DNA from: Acidimicrobiales bacterium
GTDB lineage: Bacteria > Actinomycetota > Acidimicrobiia > Acidimicrobiales > Aldehydirespiratoraceae
DNA: 64,000 nt
Direction: 5' to 3'
Assembly: GCA_965200005.1 (NCBI GenBank)
Contig: OZ241331.1
Coordinates: 763,862 to 827,861 of the forward strand
A program made the translations under genes and the position numbers. The notes below the pieces were generated by a model. It saw only the letters and a program-made list of their open reading frames with translations. It had not been told where the DNA came from and did no database searches. Positions 46,762-55,815 of the stretch are shown piece after piece (positions within the stretch are counted from its first letter, which is position 1; every line of letters starts with the position of its first letter).

Positions 46762-47432
46762 ACTCTACGAGTACCGACAAAACTCAGAGTGACACAACAA
46801 TGCTGCATCTCAGCGGGATCGGTCACACGTTTGGAGACCGTTGGGTGTTCCGCAATGTCGACTTGTCAATTGACTCACCTACAAGCATCGCCATCACAGG
46901 GCCATCCGGTGTAGGCAAGACAACACTGCTAGCAATCGCTGGGGGACTGATCACACCAACCGAAGGCACGGTCAAGCTGTCAGTCGATGGCAGGACAGTC
47001 ACCAACGGGGCAACAGTCTCATGGGTTTTTCAAACATCAAATGCATTTGCCAATCGAACGGCTCTCTCCAACATAGCTTCCATGTTGAGACTGTTCGGTT
47101 CAAGCCAGACAGAAGCGTTGGAGCGTGCCCAAGAGGCCTTGCGTGTAGTCGGCATAGCAGAAAGGGCTGAAGTCCGTGCGCGGCGACTGTCGGGGGGCGA
47201 GTTACAGCGCCTCGGCGTGGCACGTGCCATTGCCGCAAGACGGCCTTTCAACTTCGCCGACGAGCCCACCGGCCAACTTGACGAAGCAAGTACCGAAGAG
47301 GTCGCCCGGGCACTCGTCGCCGCTGCCTCGCAAGCCTCGATAGTCATCCTTGTCACGCACGACCGGCGTGTGGCGCGATGTTGCAGCCAGCAGTACCGAC
47401 TGTCATCTACAGGCTTGTGCCGTGTGCGATGA
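46755..47432 (+). CDS. ABC transporter ATP-binding protein (MacB/LolD-type)
   Basis: Walker A GPSGVGKTT, signature LSGGELQR, Walker B FNFADEPTGQLD. ATG 46800 is an alternative start. Confidence 0.85.
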   Translation: MLNSTSTDKTQSDTTMLHLSGIGHTFGDRWVFRNVDLSIDSPTSIAITGPSGVGKTTLLAIAGGLITPTEGTVKLSVDGRTVTNGATVSWVFQTSNAFANRTALSNIASMLRLFGSSQTEALERAQEALRVVGIAERAEVRARRLSGGELQRLGVARAIAARRPFNFADEPTGQLDEASTEEVARALVAAASQASIVILVTHDRRVARCCSQQYRLSSTGLCRVR

Positions 47433-48502
47433 ATCGTCGCATCGTCCGGGAGTCCCTGCACAACTTGGCAGCCGGTCGTGCCAGTACGGTCACCGTGATC
47501 GGGCTTGCGTGCCTCGTTATTGGTGCAACCTTCTTTGTTGAGGCTCAGAGCGCTGAGTCTTCACGGGGAGAGTTCGAAGCGTTCAGGAGTGCCGGTGGTT
47601 ACCTGTTTGTGATTGAGCCAGTCTCGATGAGCCCACCGGCCGTCGTGCCACGGTTGCGGCTTGAACCATGTGAACGCCTCAACCTCCTCGACAACGTGGT
47701 CGCCGCCGGTTCGCTCGGCACGGGTGCCGAGGAGACGCTCGTGAATGCCACCGATGTAGCCCTACGCCTGCAGGGCGTGAGCCCCGGCATGTACAACGTG
47801 CTCCGCAGCATTGGACTCGGTCCGCAAGTCGGAACAGCAGATCTGCTGGCTGGCGCTGCGCACCTGAATCGGATGGGTGTTCGCAGCGGCAGCGCAGTTG
47901 GCATTGACACCCGCGGTGTCCACACCATTTACGAAGCGCCGCTCGAGAGTTTGGCACCTGGCTTCGGCAGTGTCGTGATGGCCTCACAAGCCCCTAGTGG
48001 GACTGGCGATGCCTGCTATGTAGCCCTCGAACCCAAGGCACTTGACACGGCCTCGTCACTGCGTTCAGCCTTCGGTCGTAGTGACACAATCTTGAGACGA
48101 ATTCTGGCCGGAGCAGAGTTGGCCGGGTCTCCGCTTGAAGATCATGCCGAACGCTCCGGTCGACATCTCTGGCTAATCTCGGCAGTCTTGTTCGCAGCGG
48201 TTGCGCGGTATGTCCTGTGGGCTAGGCGCTCCGAAATTGGCCTATACCGATCATTGGGTCTGATGCCCTCGGACATCCGCCTCTTGGTGTTTGTTGAGCT
48301 GCTCTCAGCTGCAGCCCTTGGCTCACTGCTTGGTGTGATTTCAGCCCGCATTGTGATAGCAACGACCGATTATCACAATGACTCAATAGTCTTCGGCTGG
48401 CTAGGAGCAGCCCTAACGTTTGTCGCACTAATCGCTGCATCAGCAGCCGTTTCAGCCTCAATCCGAGTCCGAAACCCCCTAGACGCCCTCAAAGACCGCT
48501 AG
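47429..48502 (+). CDS. FtsX-like ABC transporter permease
   Basis: ATG 47429 overlaps the upstream stop (ATGA). N-terminal TM, a large extracytoplasmic domain, and C-terminal TM cluster (LWLISAVLFAAVARYVLW, LLVFVELLSAAALGSLLGVI, GWLGAALTFVALIAASAAV). Confidence 0.65.
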   Translation: MNRRIVRESLHNLAAGRASTVTVIGLACLVIGATFFVEAQSAESSRGEFEAFRSAGGYLFVIEPVSMSPPAVVPRLRLEPCERLNLLDNVVAAGSLGTGAEETLVNATDVALRLQGVSPGMYNVLRSIGLGPQVGTADLLAGAAHLNRMGVRSGSAVGIDTRGVHTIYEAPLESLAPGFGSVVMASQAPSGTGDACYVALEPKALDTASSLRSAFGRSDTILRRILAGAELAGSPLEDHAERSGRHLWLISAVLFAAVARYVLWARRSEIGLYRSLGLMPSDIRLLVFVELLSAAALGSLLGVISARIVIATTDYHNDSIVFGWLGAALTFVALIAASAAVSASIRVRNPLDALKDR

Positions 48503-48559
48503 GGGACGGACGACACAGAGACCCGATTGCGAATCCGAGCTTGCCTGAGCCTGAGGGGC

Positions 48560-48757
48560 TCAATCTTTGATGAGTTCGACGGCGTATTCGGGGCAGTTGT
48601 CGAAGGCTAGTTGAGCCTTCTCCTCGAGACCGGCAGGAACTACCCCGTCTCCGCGCTCGCACGCCGTGCCTTCGTCATCGACATCAAACAGCTCGGGCGC
48701 AAGCATGTAACAACGGTTGTGACCTTGACATGCTTGCTGGTCAATGCGAACTCTCAT
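48560..48757 (-). CDS. Small ferredoxin (single Fe-S cluster type)
   Basis: 65 aa, MRVRIDQQACQGHNRCYMLAPELFDVDDEG... The layout matches actinobacterial 3Fe-4S/4Fe-4S ferredoxins. Confidence 0.7.
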   Translation of the reverse strand: MRVRIDQQACQGHNRCYMLAPELFDVDDEGTACERGDGVVPAGLEEKAQLAFDNCPEYAVELIKD

Positions 48758-48768
48758 GGCACCTAAGC

Positions 48769-50316
48769 TTAGGGAATCCTGATCGGGAAGTTTGCCCGAA
48801 TGTGCGCGTCTCGATCGGCTCGGAGGTGGCTGGGATGGTGTTCCGCTAGCACCTTCTGCACATGTTCGTGTGCTCGCGCTCGCGCATCCTTCGACCCCGC
48901 ATCCATCCAGTTGTCGGGAGTGTCACGATCACCAATCACGGGGTAGATGTACTCACGTTGCATCATTTCCAACGTTTGCTTTGAACCGAGGAAATGCCCA
49001 GGACCGCTGATGACTTCAGCGATCAGATCCACAGAGAGTGTTTCCTCGTTGACTTCTATGCCTCGCACTGTGCGATTAATCGACCCTAGCATGTCATTGT
49101 CAATTACGAGTGCCTCAAAGGAACAACTCAGCAAACTCGCCAACATCCCAGCGGATTCATAGACAAGATTCGCGCCGGCATGACCGGCAAGAGCAACGTT
49201 AAGACCTTTCTCATAACCGGCCTGGTTGTCTGGAATCTTGGAATCTGCCATACCGGCGGCAACACCAGAAGGTAAGCCAATCCAGTTCACTAACTGGGCC
49301 GCAGCAGCATTCAAGATGCCCTCTTCTCCCGAACCGCCACTCATCGCACCCGTACGAAGGTCAGACACAAACGGCCACATGCCCATCACGCAGGGGTGAC
49401 CGGGGCGGATCAGATTGACTGCTGTCAACGCAGAGAGGCACTCTGCAAGAGCCTGAGCTAGCGAACCCGCAAGAGCTGCCGGAGACGTGGCTCCAGCCTG
49501 ACCTGCCGATAACAGATTGATCGGCATCCCAGTTTCAACTTGTGCAACCATGCACTTTGTGGACTCCTCCGCATAACGAAGCGGAGGCACTACAAACGTG
49601 TTGTTGGCTACCACGAACGGTCGCTTGCGGAACTCTCCAGGGCCACCAAGTGCGGCATCGAACATGTCAACTGTCTCATAGACATGCTCACGCTCAAACC
49701 ATGACGATCCGACTGGTTTGGTGGTGCCAGCCATAGCCGCATATGACGTATTGATGTCTAACTCGCGGGAATCTACGAGATCTCGAGCAACCACTGTGCG
49801 GACAAAGAAGTGGATGTTGTCGAGTGTGTCAACCAGACGGGCACAGTCATAGACATCCGTCGCTGTTGAAGGTCGGAACTTGCGTTCGACATGGTCATAC
49901 ATCAACACCGCTGCACCAGCGGTACCAAAATGAACACGATCGCCACCAACCGTTATTGAACGGTCATCATCGAAGCCATGCCAGATCCACTCTTTGGCTG
50001 CTGTGCCGATCGCACCCTCAACCACAGACTTCGGAAAGTGCAATCTCTCGTTCTCGTCGACATGTCCACCGGCTGCAGTGACAACATCAACAAACTCTTC
50101 GATGGGTGAACCCATTCCGACGTCTTCAAGCAGGGTGAGAGCAGTGTCATAAACCTGTTGCAGGTCGGACTCTGTGAGTGGCGCGAAGCGACCACCTGGC
50201 ATGCCAGGACGAACTGGTCGGACGTCTGCTTCAAGTGGAGCTTGCCGGGCGGCGATCCTTCCAGCCCGACCACCGCTGCGCCTGCGGGAACGGCGAGATG
50301 TTCTCTTTCTGCCCAT
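48769..50316 (-). CDS. MttB-superfamily methyltransferase (non-pyrrolysine; glycine betaine/quaternary amine type)
   Basis: 515 aa with an Arg-rich N-terminus (RRSGGRAGRIAARQAPL) and YDTALTLLEDVGM, typical of trimethylamine-methyltransferase-family proteins. There is no in-frame TAG. Its start overlaps the upstream stop by 1 nt (TAATG). Confidence 0.75.
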   Translation of the reverse strand: MGRKRTSRRSRRRSGGRAGRIAARQAPLEADVRPVRPGMPGGRFAPLTESDLQQVYDTALTLLEDVGMGSPIEEFVDVVTAAGGHVDENERLHFPKSVVEGAIGTAAKEWIWHGFDDDRSITVGGDRVHFGTAGAAVLMYDHVERKFRPSTATDVYDCARLVDTLDNIHFFVRTVVARDLVDSRELDINTSYAAMAGTTKPVGSSWFEREHVYETVDMFDAALGGPGEFRKRPFVVANNTFVVPPLRYAEESTKCMVAQVETGMPINLLSAGQAGATSPAALAGSLAQALAECLSALTAVNLIRPGHPCVMGMWPFVSDLRTGAMSGGSGEEGILNAAAAQLVNWIGLPSGVAAGMADSKIPDNQAGYEKGLNVALAGHAGANLVYESAGMLASLLSCSFEALVIDNDMLGSINRTVRGIEVNEETLSVDLIAEVISGPGHFLGSKQTLEMMQREYIYPVIGDRDTPDNWMDAGSKDARARAHEHVQKVLAEHHPSHLRADRDAHIRANFPIRIP

Positions 50317-52835
50317 TACGACCTCAATGCCACATTTTTGGGGTCATAAGCGGGTTCGGCCAGCACTGTGGCGGTGCGGCGTTCACCCAAAAGGTCAAGT
50401 TCAAAGGTTGAACCTGGAGCTTCGAACTCGGGAGCGACATACACGAAGGCCAGGCTGCAACCAACCGTGTGAGCCCAGGTGCCACTAGTGGCAATACCCA
50501 TTACGTTGCCATCACTATCAAATGCAGGTTCATTGCCTCGCACATCGTTATCGGTTGCATCCACTTCGCAGTACACCAGCACCATAGACAGCGGCTCTGC
50601 TTGATCTCGTCGCGCGACCACAGCATCACGACCCATGAATGGCCGGCTCAAATCAACAAAACGTCCTAGGCGAGCTTCGATTGGAGTTATCTCGGTGGTT
50701 AACTCGCTGCCCCACGCCTTGTAACCCTTCTCAATGCGCATCACGTTCATGGCATAACTGCCAAAATGCACCATTCCGTAGGGTTCACCAGCTTCAACTA
50801 GAGCGTCATAAAGCTCAGCGAGCCGCTCCATACCACAGTGAAGCTCCCAACCCAGTTCCCCCACATAGGAAACCCGCAGTGCTAGGCACGGCACACCCGC
50901 AACCACGACTGGTGCCGCGGTAAGCCAGCGGAAGTTGCTATTGCTGAGATCGGTATCCGTGAGTGGGGCTAGAACATCTCGTGCTCGGGGGCCAGTCACG
51001 GCGAGAATGCCAGTTGAGTCAGTTACATCCACAACCCTGACATCTGATTCAGGCTCAATGTGTTGGGTGAGCCAGTCATAGTCGTGGCTCTGGCCCATGA
51101 TCGCTGAGGTCAAATAGAAGCGATCACTCGCAAGGCGTGCAATCGTCATCTCACACTCAATGCCGCCAAGTTCTGTGAGCATATGAACGAGACGGATACC
51201 GCCATCGGTCGTCGGAAGCCGGTTAGCTGAGAGGCGATCCAGCAGCGCCGGCGCATCAACGCCAGTCACCTCAAAGGAGGCAAACGCTGTCAGGTCGGCA
51301 ATGCCGACACGTTCCCGCACTGCGCGTACTTCATCACCGACCGGGCCGAACGCGTTTGACCGGCGGAATGACCACCGCTCGGGGGAGCCATCCGAAGAGA
51401 AATATTGAGGACGCTCCCAGCCGTAAATCTCTTGCCACTGAGCACCCAATCGATCTAGGCGATCATAGAGCGGATCAGTTTTCTGCGGTCGGCCAGCAAG
51501 ACGAAACTCACCTGGAAGGCGCACTTGATACATCTCGTGATACTCATCATGAGCCTTAGCAATAGTGAAGACGGACTGTGGGCCGGTGTGATCACCAAAG
51601 CGGCGCGGATCCATGCTCCGCACGTTGATCTCGGTCTGGCCATGAACCATCCATTGGGCCAGATACTTACCTGCTCCTGGGCCTTGAGTTATGCCAATCG
51701 ACGCACCATTGCAATGCCAGTAATTCTTGAGGCCGGGTGCCGGGCCCATGAGATAACCCGAGTCGGGAGTATGAGTGATCGGCCCAGAGACAATCTGTTT
51801 AATCCCAGCCTCAGCAAACGCAGGGATGCGCATAGCTGCAAACTCTAGGCACTCTTCAAGTACATCAACATTTGGTTCAGTTAGATAGAAGTGCAGATTC
51901 CAATCAATGCTCTCGACCCCATACAGGCGAGAGTCTGACATTTCATAGGGCCCGACCAAAAGCCCGTCAATCTCACGACGGTAGTAGCAAGATGCCCTAG
52001 GATCGCGCACGACCGGTGGCTCAAAGCCGAGATCTGCCATCGCTTGCATTGGTTCGGTCACCAGATACTGATGGATGACCGACACAATCGGCACATCAAG
52101 ATTGACCATGGCACCAAGTTGCGGCGCATAGTGCCCGGCCGCGTTTACGACATGTTCACACACAATCCGGTAACTGTCGTTGGAGCTAACGGAGCCGTCT
52201 GCAGGTGCGCCGTTTGGTGTGGCGATTATCTCCCAGCGTCCATCTGGCAGCTGGTTCATGTCTGAGACAAGAGTGTGACGGCGGATGTCACAGCCAAGAT
52301 TGCGCGCTCCGCGTGCCATCGCGTTAGTGCATCCAGAAGGATCTGTCCAACCATCACTTGGCGTGAAGAATCCGAGCTTCACGTCACTTAGATCCTCAAG
52401 AAGAGGATGGCGCTCCCATATCTCTTTGGGACCAATGAGATACGACTCGACACCAATCTGGGTCAACATGGCATGCACGTAGCGGTGCCAATCGACTTCA
52501 TCGTCAGTACGTGCCAGCCTTATCGCACCGCACCCGTGCCAGCCGGCTGAGAGTCCTGTTTCTTGCTCGAGCCGGGGATAGAGCGCAACGGCTTCTTCAT
52601 GGACTTTGGCCATGTTCAAGTCGCCGATGAAGTTCGGGATTAAGCCTGCAGCATGCCAGGTTGAACCCGAGGTTAGTTCACCCTTTTCGATGAGGATGGT
52701 GTCGTTCCAGCCTTCGTGAGCCAGGTAATACAGCAGTCCAACACCCATTGCACCGCCGCCGATGATCACGCATCGTGCCTCCTGAGCCACTGACCCTCCC
52801 TCGGTCGGCACACCCCCCATGCCGCTATGCGGCAA
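50316..52835 (-). CDS. DAO-family FAD oxidoreductase fused to a GcvT-like folate-binding domain (dimethylglycine/sarcosine dehydrogenase-like)
   Basis: 839 aa with N-terminal VIIGGGAMGVGLLYYLA and a C-terminal aminomethyltransferase-like half (LRVSYVGELGWELH). Confidence 0.8.
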   Translation of the reverse strand: MPHSGMGGVPTEGGSVAQEARCVIIGGGAMGVGLLYYLAHEGWNDTILIEKGELTSGSTWHAAGLIPNFIGDLNMAKVHEEAVALYPRLEQETGLSAGWHGCGAIRLARTDDEVDWHRYVHAMLTQIGVESYLIGPKEIWERHPLLEDLSDVKLGFFTPSDGWTDPSGCTNAMARGARNLGCDIRRHTLVSDMNQLPDGRWEIIATPNGAPADGSVSSNDSYRIVCEHVVNAAGHYAPQLGAMVNLDVPIVSVIHQYLVTEPMQAMADLGFEPPVVRDPRASCYYRREIDGLLVGPYEMSDSRLYGVESIDWNLHFYLTEPNVDVLEECLEFAAMRIPAFAEAGIKQIVSGPITHTPDSGYLMGPAPGLKNYWHCNGASIGITQGPGAGKYLAQWMVHGQTEINVRSMDPRRFGDHTGPQSVFTIAKAHDEYHEMYQVRLPGEFRLAGRPQKTDPLYDRLDRLGAQWQEIYGWERPQYFSSDGSPERWSFRRSNAFGPVGDEVRAVRERVGIADLTAFASFEVTGVDAPALLDRLSANRLPTTDGGIRLVHMLTELGGIECEMTIARLASDRFYLTSAIMGQSHDYDWLTQHIEPESDVRVVDVTDSTGILAVTGPRARDVLAPLTDTDLSNSNFRWLTAAPVVVAGVPCLALRVSYVGELGWELHCGMERLAELYDALVEAGEPYGMVHFGSYAMNVMRIEKGYKAWGSELTTEITPIEARLGRFVDLSRPFMGRDAVVARRDQAEPLSMVLVYCEVDATDNDVRGNEPAFDSDGNVMGIATSGTWAHTVGCSLAFVYVAPEFEAPGSTFELDLLGERRTATVLAEPAYDPKNVALRS

Positions 52836-52935
52836 CTTCGCAGCCTAGTTCAGCCTCGCTTACCACTCTCTCTCCAGCGTTCGCGAGTTCTTCTGAGTTT
52901 GCAGAACTAAACCTTGTGGAATAGAGACAGCTCAT

Positions 52936-55398
52936 CTAGGGGCCATCGGTGAGCCGGACTCGGCGGTTCATTGGGTCATAGAAGCTGCGGATTGAGGCTG
53001 TCGCTGGAACGATCTGACCTCCCACATTGATCTCAAAGGTGCCGCTGTCAAGCCAACTCTTTACGACGCCTTCATCGCCAGGACGGCTCAGGTATCCCAT
53101 TGCTAAACAGCGATTCTCCACATAACTCCACATCGACGATGTGGTGCGACCCACGGCGACACCGTTTCGCATGATCGGATCATCGTGGTAGCAGAGCAAT
53201 TCGGGATGCTCAAGACGGAACTGAATCAGTCGCTTGTTGCGAGGCTGATGTCGCTGGGCTTCAAGTGCGGCTCGGCCGTTGAAGTCGGCTTCTTTGTCCC
53301 AAGCGATTACAAAGCCGAGGCCCGCTTCAATTGGAGTGTCTTCATCGGAAATGTCGTGACCCCAGTGCCGGTACCCCGACTCAAGACGCAGCGTGTTCAT
53401 GGCGTGATAGCCGGCGTGTGCCAAGCCGTGTGGTTTGCCGGCGTCCACAAGAGCATCGAACAGCGCTACAGAGTTCTCGTTAGGCACATACAACTCCCAC
53501 CCGAGCTCGCCCACGTAGCTCATCCGCATTGCCAACACATCGATGCCGGCAACAGAGATCCGCTGGGCCGTGCCGAACGGAAAGTCTTCGTTTGACAGCG
53601 AAGCATCCGTTAGTGGAGCGAGCACGAAGCGTGCCTTCGGCCCCATCAAGCCGAGCATGGCTTGGTGTTCGGTCACATCGGCAATCTGCACGTCACGGCC
53701 CTTGCAAGCACGACGTAGCCATGCCCAATCTCGTGTCTGGCTAACTGCTGCTGTAACAACGAAGAACCGATCGCTTTCGAGCCTTGTGACCGTTAGGTCG
53801 GCCTCAATTCCACCTCGATGATTGCACCACTGTGTATAAGCGGCCTTACCTACGGGTGCATCGATGCGTGCGACACTGAGTGTGTCAAGCACATCTAGGG
53901 CGTCTGGGCCTTCAACTGTGAACTTGGCAAACGAAGTCTGATCAAAGATGGCCACACGTTGACGCACGGCTTCACATTCGGCGCCCGTGTTGGCCCACCA
54001 GTTCTGCTTGCCGTAGCTGTACACGTACTTCTTGTCTTGGCCCTCGAAAGCGAACCAGTTGGGTCGCTCCCAGCCGGCGGTCTCACCAAACACCGCGCCT
54101 GCTTCTGAGAGTCGATCGTGAAGCGGAGAAACTCGCTGGCCTCGAGCGCTCTCGTATTGATAGAAGGGCCAGTGCATCGCATACAACAAGCCCAAGCTCT
54201 CAGGGATTCGCTTGTTCAGGTAGTCCGGATTGGATTGAAAGCCGAAGGTTCTACGAATGTCAACGGAGGAAAGGTCCATCGGCGGGTGTCGATCTGCAAT
54301 CCAATCGGCTAACGCCCAGCCAACGCCGCCCGCTGACTGGATCCCAACAGAGTTGAATCCCGCGGCCACATAGCAACCGTCAACCTCCGGCGATTCACCA
54401 AGATAGTAGACACCATCTGGTGTAAAGGCTTCTGGGCCATTGAAAAATAGTTGAATGCCGCATTCACCGAGGATTGGCACACGGTGGGCAGCGCGCTCAA
54501 ACACCGGGCCTATGTGATCCCAATCTTCGGGCAGTGTCCCGAAACAGAAGTCACGTGGAATACCGTCAAGCTTCCAAACTTTGCCTCTCGGCTCAAAGAA
54601 ACCGGCCATGATTTTTCCGGTTTCTTCCTTGAAATATGTGTAATTCCCAGGATCCCGCAAGACCGGGGTTTCGGGAGTAACACCCTCAAGTTGCTCGGTG
54701 ACGATATAGAAGTGTTCGCAGGCTTGAAGAGGAACATTGACGCCGATCTGAGCTGCAAGTTGACGAGTCCAGATACCAGTTGCAAGCACGACCGTTTCGG
54801 TTTCAATGCTGCCCACTTCGGTTTCGACACCGACGATCACATCCCCACGGGTACGTAACCGTGTGACCGCAACACCTTCGACTATTCGCACACCTCGACT
54901 TCGGGCACCTTTGGCGAGTGCCATCGTGGTGTCAACCGGTGATGTGTGTCCGTCGCGCGGGATGTACAGCGCGCCAACGATGTCATCACTACGGATCAGT
55001 GGCCAGCGCTCACGCAGTTCATCAAGGTCGATTTCGCGGGTCTCTACTCCTACGGTCACCGCCATGGCGGCGCCGCGACGGACTTCTTCCCACCGTTCAT
55101 CATCGGCAGCTACCGAGATTGACCCGGGAGTGCGGCACCCGGTCGCTTGGCCAGTCTCATCTTCAAGAGCCTCAAACAGCTGAGCGGAGTATGTCGCAAG
55201 CTTGGTGAGGCTGTGAGTTGATTTGAGTTGAGACACCAGGCCAGCCGCATGCCACGTAGTGCCTCCGCTCAACTTTCCCTGCTCGAGAACAATCACGTCT
55301 GTGATGCCTCGCCGAGCTAGGTGGTAAGCAACACTGCAACCGACGATCCCGCCGCCAATAACCACAACCTGGGCCCTCTCGGGCACGGACTTCGCCAT
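52936..55398 (-). CDS. DAO-family FAD oxidoreductase fused to a GcvT-like folate-binding domain (second paralogue)
   Basis: 820 aa with VVVIGGGIVGCSVAYHLA and a C-terminal MRMSYVGELGWELY block. Confidence 0.8.
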   Translation of the reverse strand: MAKSVPERAQVVVIGGGIVGCSVAYHLARRGITDVIVLEQGKLSGGTTWHAAGLVSQLKSTHSLTKLATYSAQLFEALEDETGQATGCRTPGSISVAADDERWEEVRRGAAMAVTVGVETREIDLDELRERWPLIRSDDIVGALYIPRDGHTSPVDTTMALAKGARSRGVRIVEGVAVTRLRTRGDVIVGVETEVGSIETETVVLATGIWTRQLAAQIGVNVPLQACEHFYIVTEQLEGVTPETPVLRDPGNYTYFKEETGKIMAGFFEPRGKVWKLDGIPRDFCFGTLPEDWDHIGPVFERAAHRVPILGECGIQLFFNGPEAFTPDGVYYLGESPEVDGCYVAAGFNSVGIQSAGGVGWALADWIADRHPPMDLSSVDIRRTFGFQSNPDYLNKRIPESLGLLYAMHWPFYQYESARGQRVSPLHDRLSEAGAVFGETAGWERPNWFAFEGQDKKYVYSYGKQNWWANTGAECEAVRQRVAIFDQTSFAKFTVEGPDALDVLDTLSVARIDAPVGKAAYTQWCNHRGGIEADLTVTRLESDRFFVVTAAVSQTRDWAWLRRACKGRDVQIADVTEHQAMLGLMGPKARFVLAPLTDASLSNEDFPFGTAQRISVAGIDVLAMRMSYVGELGWELYVPNENSVALFDALVDAGKPHGLAHAGYHAMNTLRLESGYRHWGHDISDEDTPIEAGLGFVIAWDKEADFNGRAALEAQRHQPRNKRLIQFRLEHPELLCYHDDPIMRNGVAVGRTTSSMWSYVENRCLAMGYLSRPGDEGVVKSWLDSGTFEINVGGQIVPATASIRSFYDPMNRRVRLTDGP

Positions 55399-55457
55399 CA
55401 GGGCTGACCTCCGTCAGTCAGTTGACCGAATCGTCTGACCTAAGCAACCAAGGGACC

Positions 55458-55701
55458 CTAGTTCGTCCCGGCCATGGGGCTAGAGCTAACAAAGCAGGCA
55501 CCTCGTTCAAATCGCAGTTGCTTGCAGACGTGTGGAGGCTTTTGGCTTGACCCGGTCGATCGGCACGCCGATGTGGCCACTTTCATCGGCGGCGTAAACC
55601 ACGGGTACCGCATCGACGCCTCGAGTCGGGTGACGGGTACACAACACGCCATGGTCGTTGCTGCGCAACCGTGCCTGCATCTCGTTTGCACTCAGGCGCA
55701 T
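55458..55701 (-). pseudogene. Possible remnant of a PPOX-class (F420/FMN-binding split-barrel) gene, frameshifted and truncated
   Basis: MRLSANEMQARLRSNDHGVLCTRHPTRGVDAVPVVYAADESGHIGVPIDRVKPKASTRLQ stops at 55507. A family-like continuation (KQLRFERGACFV) lies in another frame and stops at 55458. Called from memory of the family only. Confidence 0.3.
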
Positions 55702-55815
55702 CGCCCGACACTATGCAACCGAGTGCCAGCCAAAGCGCGAAGCGGCGGTCGCCGGTAGTGACGTCTGGTTCATTCGCGACTCTGAGCGATCCGAGATTGG
55801 GGAGATGACAACTTC

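Noticed and set aside
52886-52908. Inverted repeat AGTTCT-N11-AGAACT between the two dehydrogenase genes as an operator or terminator
   Set aside because: The arms are only 6 bp with no T tract. That is too weak to call without comparative or experimental support.
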